Positions 54,805 through 64,000 of a DNA stretch of 64,000 nt are shown here, in pieces. The stretch is from the human T2T-CHM13v2.0 reference genome, Homo sapiens: NCBI RefSeq assembly GCF_009914755.1, contig NC_060933.1. One strand, given 5' to 3'. Numbering within the stretch: position 1 is the stretch's first letter; each line of letters starts with the position of its first letter. The notes under the pieces were generated by a model. That model made no database searches and was not told the DNA's origin. It saw nothing but the letters and a program-made list of their open reading frames with translations. The position numbers and the translations under genes are program-made.

Positions 54805-55909
54805 TTTCTGCTCATTTGACCTCGGGAGAAACAGACATTGCAGCACTACTTTCCAGAGGCCACTGTCCAAAGCATTGCGTCGCTCTTAGGTTTCCACCAG
54901 CGCTGTTGGGCAGGAGGAGAAACAGGGGCTTTAAAGACATTTTAAAAAAGAGTTTAGAAGGGGCTTTAGTGGTCTCACTGTGTACAGAGGTGAGCAGCTC
55001 ACCTTGGCTCCCTGGGGGCAGTGGTCAGTTGTACCCAAGGCTTCCTGGGTGAGGGAGGTCTCTGATGTAGAGGTGGGCAGTGCCCCAGGGTTCCACAGGC
55101 ACACTAATGAGAGTGGCCATGGCTCTGTCAGAGACTGTGGTGCTGTCCTGCAGGCACATCATGGAAGAACTTATCAGACCCATGACTACAATCCACAGAT
55201 ATGGACAGGTAGCAGTCCCATAGTTGGCGAGTGTATTAACCCTTTCCAAGGAAGGGATCAGCTTCATTGGTTTCTTCTTTAAGAACCTATGTCGGCTTTC
55301 ATTGGTGACCTTTTAATCTTCCAAATGCTCACAAACCCTTTGTGTACTCTTTTCTATAATTTTACTGGGGCTTCACCACAAGCCAGTTGTATGTGATTTC
55401 TGGTATGCATTCTTTTTCTGAAAGCAGGACATTTGTCTGGCACCAAGACTTGTCTTCATGATTTCTTGACTATCACTGGTGGTGGTTCTGAGAGCACCAC
55501 AAGGCCCTTACCTTCCTCATCACCTCCTTCAGGAAGCTTTCCCCAACCCCAGGAAAGCTACTTTATCCTTTTCAGTGTTCCCAAAATGCTTTGTATATTT
55601 ATCTCTACTGGAATAAGGTAAGAATGGTGATGATCATGTATCTAGAGCCTTTCACCTGCCATGTGCTTTGCACACCGTTTCATTTCATCCTCATAAGCCC
55701 CTGCACCTGCGAGAAAGCCAGGGCTCAAGAGGATCACATGACTGGAAAGTGGAGGATCTGGGATTAGAACTCAGGTCCACCTTCTGTGCTGCAGTTATCA
55801 CACCACATTAGGATTGTTGGGGATCTGTGTCCCCATAAGACTGTGGGCTCCTTTCAGGCAGGAACCCTTGCAGGCTCACTCCATGAGTCCCTCAATGCTC
55901 TGTGTGCCT

Positions 55910-55973
55910 CCCTCCATCCTTCAATCCTCTATCCTTGACCCTCCATCCTTCACCCTCCATCCTTCACCATCCT
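55910..55973. repeat. 14-bp minisatellite (CCCTCCATCCTTCA), about 4.5 units
   Basis: Exact units at 55910, 55939 and 55953; variant at 55924. Confidence 0.85.
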
Positions 55974-56628
55974 GAGCTGCATCCCCTTTGCTACCTTCAT
56001 TCTGTGCTTTCCAGCTGAGAACCAATAATAATAAATCCATCTGGAAAGAGAGACCCCACAACAGATGATAATCCACATCCAGACCAAACCCTGGCAAAGG
56101 AAACCTGCTTTGTGGGAAAGCCTGGACAGTTTGTAGTGGTCTCTCTGCACATTATGTCTGGGATGGTGCCAGATGAGTGGATTTTTTGTTCATTTGGACC
56201 CTACTCTAGACATACCATCTAAGATACTTAATTTCAACATTTAGGAGCTGTTGCATTTATAACGTAAACAAATTGTCTTAGCAAGATTTTTCTCTGTGTG
56301 TATAGTAGTTTTGACTTACTGTATTCAAAAATATCAGGGAAAAGTAACTTATTTTTTTTTAAACAAAGGATCACATAAATACTCCAGGCCCTGTAGTTCC
56401 ACAGGCTCATCTTGAGATATAAGATGAGGACCATCAGGCTTATTTTCAGCATAATCTTTGACCAGATTCATGCCAGGGAGAGCCGAAGTTGAGGCAGTGG
56501 TGATGCGGGGATAGTAGGAAAGATCATCTCCAGTGTTCCCATCAAGAGGTCTCTGCTGCCTGCATCCTTCACTGATGTGGGTATAAACCACTGGAAGTAT
56601 ATACTTCATTACTTTTACAAGACTGAAC

Positions 56629-56750
56629 ATAGTCCATTTTCTGCTGCTATAACAGAATAGCATAGACTGGGTAATTTATAAAGAAAGGAAGTTTATTTGG
56701 CTCACAGTTATGGAGGCTGAGAAGTCCAGGAGCATGGTGCCAGCATTTGT
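56629..56750 (-). mobile_element. MaLR LTR fragment (MST/MLT1A-like)
   Basis: tagtccattttctgctgctataacagaata..agactgggtaatttataaagaaa..tttggctcacagtt.tggaggctgagaagtcc. Confidence 0.8.
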
Positions 56751-59700
56751 ATGAGGCTAACTTAATACTACTTTATTTATTTTTTTTGTGGGGGTGGGGG
56801 TGGAGGGGGACAGCATCTCAGGATTAATACTATACAAGTTCACCACAACAATCCATTTGTATGACCAGTTAGCTGGCCACAGATGCCTGATCTCTAGGGT
56901 TTTCTAGATTTCTTTCAGTTTGCCAAGTACCAATCTTGGGATTTTCAGGCATCAAGATCCCAGATCTCAAGATTTTTTTAACAGTAACAAGTTGATAGTT
57001 TATCTCCTATGACTGTAAATACCCTGAGCATTTAGCCAAGTGTCATCTTTGGAAAACTGCCTGAGGAATGGAGGGGTAGCTTTCCATCACCCTCAAAAGG
57101 CTCTTTGTGATCAGTTCCCCAAGGTACCAGAAGAGGAGGAAGAGAAAGCAAAGCAATAAGGGAGCTGGCCCTCCTGGAACCATCATCCAGGTGGGCCATC
57201 TTCCTAGAGTAGATTTTGTTTAGGAAGAAGCTAGCAAAGAGTGCTCTTTGAGAAATCACTGGATTATGTAGTTTGTACTGAATTTGAAATCTTATTTTGT
57301 TTAACAAAACCTTTTAGAATAAAAGAAAGTATTGTACAGTGGAAACAGCACACGCTCTGGAGGCAGGAGACCTGTGTGGGCTTTTCCCTCAGCCTCTGTG
57401 ACCTTGAAGGCTGACTCAGGATGGGCAGAGTCACCCTCACTCGCCACCATCACCACACACACCCTGTGCTTCTCCACCTCTCTGCAGTGCTTGGGCCTGG
57501 ATGCCCAGCCTACTGAAGCTGACCCAGCCACACATGGGTTGACACCTTTTCACCTGGTTGCTTGCTTGACCTCCAGAAAGAATGGGAGCTACAACATCAT
57601 ATATTTCTCTGTTTTAAAACATACCATTGTGCTGGGGAACCACAATCGTGTACGTATTTCCTACCTTATAGGGTGGAATAAAATACAGGTGGAAAATCCA
57701 TCTAGGAAAACACTCTTGTTCAAGTTGTCCATGCCATCCTGGCCATAGCCCAATAGCCCATCTGTTGTGAGATGGGGTGGCTTCCTGCTAGCACTCTTGT
57801 CAGTGAAGCAATGTGGGGACCTCCTCATGTGGTCCCAAGGGAAGGTCATGTCTACTGACATTTATACAGTCAGGGCTAACATTTAAAGAAATCAGAACTT
57901 CACACTTAGCTATATGTTGAAAGACTTAGCTATACATTGAAATGCTGAGTAGAAGGAACCCCAGAGGATATGTCCAGATTTGATAAAAATTAAAAATTAG
58001 ACTTCAGTTGGGTCCGTTTGCTGGGAGTCAGGTGCACGTTGTACTTTCTACTGGGGAGCTTGGCTGGTTCCTGCTAGGCCTAGGGAGGGGGAGCATGATG
58101 TTGGTGGGTTGGTAGCGACAGTGTTTTGTGTCATTGGAACCATGTTCTAATAACAAATCTACCACCTTTGTTCCCAGAGCTCATTTTAAGGAACTGTTTG
58201 GAACGTGGTACCAGGAAGTAGAGCTAGAAGGTCAGGAAGTAGAGATAGAAGGTCAGGTCCCTGTGGCAGCTGGGGCCAAATCAGACATTCACGGGGTGAT
58301 TTTTACACCAGTTCCCCTCCAGCCTTCCCGTGGAAGTGTGCAATATCCAGAGTAGTTAAAACATACTTTGGTTTGAGCCTTGGCCAAGCCACTTACTAGC
58401 TGTGTACCCTTGGCTAAGTTACTTGACCTCTATGAACCTCAATATCCTGCAAGGTACAAGTCCCAGGGTCGATCTCTGCTCTGCCACCAACAGGCTCTGT
58501 TACAGGAAGGCCATGCTAGGGGATCTGAGAGGCCCCTAATAGTTCCAGTATTTCATGGTTTTATGGCCCCTTCTTCTTCACTCATTGAGAAATAAAGTGA
58601 ACTGGTTGTATTCTCTTTCTCAGGAGAGAAAACAGCTAAAAGTGCTCACTCCTTTTGGTCTTTAAAGATTAGTTTCTGACAAAGCCCGTCTGTGGCAGCT
58701 GCTGTTGGCGCTGTCCTTTCCTCCCTGATCAGTCTCTGGGATGGGCACTGTGCAGGAGGGCTGGCAAATGTGTGGCTCTGCCTTGGGTGGCCTGAGAAAC
58801 AGTACCAGGCCTCCCAGAACCCAGGTGCCTGCTCTATCCTTTGCCTCTTAGAGAATGACCCCTGGAGCCTTCCTCTTCTAATAGCAGCAGCAGGATAGGT
58901 GGGGCAGAGGACCACAGATAGGGCCATTTGGCCCAGGCCTCATCACAGAATCATCCTAATCAAAATGCCTTTGGGTCTGGCCAGACCTGAGAGACACAGG
59001 ACAAAGCCCAGGTGAGGAGCCAGGGAAGCCAGGAGCTGCCTGTGCCTCCTCACTCAGGCTCTCAGTAGGCCATCCTGGCCTGGGGCCACCCTGTTACTGT
59101 CTCAGTAAGGCTGGGAACAGGCTTGTGGTACAGCTTCAGATAAGCAGCCATGGCTCCCTTAGTCCCCTGGGGAAGGGCATGCTGTGGGCAGACGAAGAAA
59201 AGAGCACATGGCTCTGAGGCTGCTGAGTGAAAGGTTTGGAAGCTGCCAAGGCTCGGATGCAAAGGTGTTTAATTGCAAAGGTATTTCTGGCTAAGTGATG
59301 TCCCTAAGAACAAAGGATCTGTTGGGTAAGAGCACAGAAGAGTGTTTTGTCTTCCAGGATAAGAACCTGCCCCAAGCTCTCTGAACAGACCTGATAAGAA
59401 TGTTCTCTGCTCATTGGATGCCCTGACTGTTCCGTGCAGAGAGACCATCTGTTTTTTCCTCCCAGTTTAGTCCTCAACACCAGGAGAGGGCAGGACCCTC
59501 CCCCAGCTGCTCTCTTCCTGGGCTCTGTCTACCCATTCATCTTCCACAGCTAGGCACTCAATCCCAGCTGGCAGCGCCTTGTGTGGGAGCTCAGTGGTGA
59601 GATGGGTCACAAGAAATCTACTGGTAATGAGCAAGTACCAACATTTGGGGATCCTTGCGTAACAAAGAAGGATAAATTCTAATGCATTCCAGTTATCTCT

Positions 59701-62357
59701 GTGATGAAATCACTGCCATTCCCTCCCATGACGGCGTGCTTTCTTAAGTGGGAGACAAAAGACGGGCGAGTGCAGGACACTTGGATACACACAGCCCACA
59801 CTGGGTTGTGAACACAAAGAAGCAGGAGATTGAACCATTTGAGGTGCCAGGAATAGAACTGTGCCCCTGGGCCCTTGCACAGACTCATCTCCATCAGGGA
59901 CCCACTAGTCACTTGGGTTCCCAACTCCCAGGTCTGCCTGGTAAAATCTTACAAATCCTTCAAGATGCAACAAAGAAGTGCCACGTCTATCTAATCTCTC
60001 CCTTCCCTCTAGGCAGAATTAGTCATGCCACCTTACTGTCCCCCAGGGCACTTAGCACACCAGGGTATCACCACAGTGATCAGACAGCCCAGTTTTCACT
60101 GCATTCCTGATTTTAGAAATTTTGGCCTCGACGGATACTCCCTCCCAGAGAAATCCATTGTCAGATCTGATGTGCTGATGTTAGGGACTAGAAATCATGG
60201 GCATTGGACGGATCCCAGATGCATTCATGCACCTGCCGTCTACCCCAGACTGAGTTTCTGGAGGTCAGGGACCGCAATTGTCACCTACTTCCCCAAGTCT
60301 AGTGCTGCGACTAGCATGTAGTAGGGGCTCAGCAAATGTTGGCTTTACTACATGACATAATGTTTCATGCTTGATTGTATTGTATCCACAGCATAACACT
60401 GTGAGGTTATGACCCTTGTCCCCATTTTACAGAGGAGAAAATTGAGGCTCAGAAGAGTTAAATAACTATCTCATGAGCGAACAGCTAACCAAGGGGTAGA
60501 GCATGGATGCAAACCCAGGTCTTATTCCTATACTATGTATCTGCCAGCTTAGTTCAAGCCCAGGAATGTCCTGAAATGTTTTGAGTTAGAAACCAGAGAC
60601 ACTTAGGCCAGAGGAGATCTGTTGAGTAACCATTGAGTCCAGCCTGTCTCCAGTCAGGGTTATAACAACATTCAACTGAGCCTTTGTTTGGTGCCCAAGT
60701 GCCGTTTTACCCTCTCGGTATTCTATCAAGACAAATTAACACACCCTGCCCTCTCTTTCAGAGCTTCTGATTTAAAGCAGACACGTGTACAGATGGAACG
60801 CCAGAGCTAAAAAAGGGACTGTTTATTTCAGTCTCCTTGTTTTAAGATGAAAAGACCTAGATCAAAGGAGGCTTGTAGTTTACCGTGGACCCAGCATTGT
60901 GCTAAACATGTTTTTTGCAGTATTTCGTTTCCTAAAGTGACAGGCACTATTTTAATCTATCCTCAATTAACAGATGAGGAAACCGAGCCTCAGGGGGACA
61001 AAGTGACTTGCCTAATGTCCCAGAGCTAATCAGTGGTGGAAACCGGATTTAAATCCAAGCCAGCCTACTCCAAAGCGCCTGCTCTCAATCCTGCACCCAG
61101 GCCAGGTCTTTCCTTTGAGGTGCTGCAGTGGATGCTCACTTTGCATTTAGCTCACCTCACCCACCCCATCTGAAAACAATGCTGCCCTTGTCCTCTGCAC
61201 TGGCCACCCTCCTGCACTCAGGTTCAGCCCCTCTTTGGAATTAGCAAGAAGCTGCTATTCCCAGTACTGGTGGTTATTTTTAAAAGTGTGAAATAAGTGT
61301 AAAGCAGGATATTTTCAGTAAAAATCTCTCCCTGCCTATACAATGAAATGGTACCGAAAGCACTGACTTGGAGTAGATACATGGTTCATTTATGCAGAGA
61401 TGAATATAGTTCTCATATGGCAGCCCACTGGGAAGGCTCAGGTGTTCTGGATGAACAAGGGGCTGAGCTTCAGGGGACTGGATGTGTGCTGACATTCTGA
61501 CAGGGGAGCCTCTGGCCTGCTTCTTCCAGAAATGATGATTCCTAGAGTCCTAGAGCATAGAGAAGTCAGCCAGAGATTTAAAGTGAAAAGACCTGAATGC
61601 AAATCTAGCCTGAACATCCTAAGCCTATTAGCAAGTTATTCATCCTGTCCGCAAGGAGCTCCAGGAGTTAATTATGTAACATACATGGAAATGTCCGGTG
61701 CCAGTATCTTGGTTAAGCTTTAAAACCTGCCAGCAATCCCATTCCTCCCCCATAACGGTATTCGGAGAATTGCTGTATTTTAAGATGAAACGTGTATGTA
61801 AGAGCATATGGAAGCATCATTGAAAATTCTAGACAGCAGCAGACTCTAGGAAGTGTGTGGGCTTTAGGAAGGACTCCTTCCCATGCCCAGCCCCTACAAT
61901 GTGTTTATCATATTCTTAACATGGGTAATACTTTCTTTTCTTTTGGCCCATTGTTTATTTGGTGAACATTTACAGAAGGCCAACCCTGTGCCAGGCACAG
62001 TGCATGAGCTGCAGGAGAGACATTCTCTTCTATCTGCCAACACACGGGATCTCATGCAGAGCCTAGAAAACTACAGGCTCTGGGTTCTTTCCTGTCAGAA
62101 ACCAGAGAGTGTTTGCCCTCTTCTGAAACTCCATTTTTTGGTAATATCTTTGAGGATCCATCTAAGGAATGTGGTTCCCCTGCCACCCGTCACCCTGCTG
62201 GCTCCAGCAGCTCAGCCCAAGGGATTGCTGGGGGATTGTGCATGTCTTTGGCCTGGCTTCAACTGGCCATGGCTTTTCCCCATTTGTGGACACAGCCAAG
62301 GGAAGCCTGGTGCCTGGCTCTGAGACCCACATGTAACACGATCCCAGAAGCACTTAC

Positions 62358-63174
62358 CCGACGGCTTGTCGGTGGAAGATGGGAGGCTGGTGAGAGTGGG
62401 CATAGTGGGCAGAGGGGGTGGCAGCACCTTCAGGTTCTGGTCACTCTGGATCTCGTTGGTAGAGATCTGGTTGATGATGCGGTTGTAGGTGGGTGGTTGG
62501 TAGACCCGGGGCGGGGCAGCGGGGGGTGGCTGGGGGACGGGCCTGGCCGAGGGCACCCTCTGGCAGTGCTCCTCAAGCTGCGCGATGATCTCTGATTGGT
62601 TGTGGGCCAGTGTGGCCAGGTGCTGGTACTTGTGCTCCAGGTCCTTGTACTTGCTGGCCAGCTGCAGCATGTCGGCTGTCTGGTTCAGGATCCTGTTCTC
62701 CAGCTGGGAGAGCTCCAACGCGTTGTCCCGCTTGCGGATGATCTCGTGCAGGAGCTGCATGTAGAGCTGCGTGACCCGCGAGTTCATGTTGCGGCTCTCC
62801 TTGCGCAGCAGCTTCACCTCGCTCACAATGCCGCCGTCCACCTCCACCAGCTGCTGCAGCGTCTCGATCTGCCGCTTCTGCTTGAGCAGCTCATTGTTGA
62901 GCAGCTCTAGCTCCTGCTTATGCACTCGGTTCTCCAGAAGCACCTCAGGCTCCTTGGAGTTGACGCAGATGGCACCCGTGACCCGCTGCTGGGGCACAAT
63001 GAAGGTGTAGGTGCACTTGTCCTGGGACTCGCCCGCCCGCTTGTACCTGTTTAGGTAAATGAACTCTCTTGGCGAGCCCTCCTCAGTGCCCTCAAAACCG
63101 TCCTCCTGGCCTGCAACAGCTCCCATGGCAGCCAGCAGTCCGAGCCACCAGCATGTCACGCACAGTGGCCTCAT
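62358..63174 (-). CDS. ANGPTL2: ANGPTL2 first coding exon (signal peptide, coiled coil, Pro-rich linker); exon begins at 63223 with 49 nt of 5'UTR
   Basis: ORF MRPLCVTCWWLGLLAAMGAVAGQEDGF...KCTYTFIVPQ...DKPS; acceptor tttactttcag| at 63224/63223; Kozak context ggaccATGA; donor TCGG|gtaagt at 62358/62357; 817 coding nt. Confidence 0.98.
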
Positions 63175-64000
63175 GGTCCTTGCAAAATGGTGGTTATTCT
63201 TTGTGAATAGAATCTATGAAAGCCTGAAAGTAAACAGAGGGGAGAATCAGTGATGGTCCCACCACTGTCAGTGCCCTGTGCCATCAGTGATCCCAGCCTT
63301 CTCGCCAGGCAGGCAGAGCTTTCCAAAAACTCTGCTTCAGGATGCTGGGTTATATTCTCTTGGAGTCAGAGAACAGGCAGCCATTCTGGAAGCAAGAGGA
63401 GACAGGCAAGCCCCAGCAGAGGTAGAAGGGAAGAGGGAGGGTCTCAGGGCATCTGAAGGCAGGAGGCCATGGCCCTGCTACTCCCAGAGCCAGCTCCAAT
63501 GCCCGCAGCCCCCTTGCTGAACTCCTGGCCTAGAGCCTGAGAATCGTATCCAGGCAGCTTCAGGCTGGGGAGGGGAGGCAGAGGGAGGGTTTTCTGGTCT
63601 CTCTCTTCTGCTACCTTTGGTTCCTCAGACTGTTGAGTCTCCCTATTCTATACTTTCACACCCCCTGAACTTTCCCCTTGTAATACCCATCACCGCTGTG
63701 CTGAATAGCAGTTCTGTTTGATCTTCTCTGTTGGATTCTAACTCCATGAGGGCATGTCGTCTGTCTGATTCAACCCTGTATTCCCAGGATATTGCACTTT
63801 GGGCAAATATTTGATAAACAAATGAATCGTTAGACATGTTATGGAATACATTCAGGGTTTAGTGGACAATATCAGTGGAAGGATGTGTCCAGTTACGTGG
63901 CTCTGGTCACTGTGTTAGCTAAGCTACAGAGCCAAAACAGGAACAAACAACTGAGCTCTTCTGAATCCAAATATTTGCAGTAGCCAGTGACAGCACAGTC

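Noticed and set aside
62113-62910. Two consecutive same-frame + strand ORFs (160 and 104 aa)
   Set aside because: Antisense shadow of the GC-rich ANGPTL2 coding exon; non-ATG starts and no RALGPS1-like sequence. The same applies to 46064-46471 and 47911-48461.

Overview
Human-like (primate, Alu-rich) genomic DNA with two interleaved genes on opposite strands. On the + strand are three internal coding exons of RALGPS1 (4504-4593, 7308-7400, 23656-23782; RasGEF/CDC25 catalytic domain), followed by a very large intron that runs past the window end. Nested antisense in that intron is the complete coding region of ANGPTL2: four coding exons (63174-62358, 48370-48177, 46384-46114, 43582-43383) that splice GT-AG into 1482 nt = 493 aa + stop, plus a 3'UTR of about 1.6 kb with proximal and distal AATAAA signals. 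The non-coding first exon and promoter of ANGPTL2 lie beyond position 64000. The rest is intronic DNA with Alu, L1, L2 and MIR copies, solo LTRs, DNA-transposon relics (one with recognisable hAT transposase sequence) and microsatellites. I found no prokaryotic features and no CRISPR array, and nothing I can claim as a new system. The best leads, all hypotheses from sequence only, are: a PUM / miR-221/222 / miR-204 cluster confined to the long ANGPTL2 3'UTR; a possible intronic-polyadenylated, coiled-coil-only ANGPTL2; a GATA/T-box/NKX palindrome with CDX/HOX motifs near 3.1 kb; and a stop-free RALGPS1 two-exon circle flanked by inverted Alus. Repeat subfamily names and fragment boundaries are by eye and approximate.
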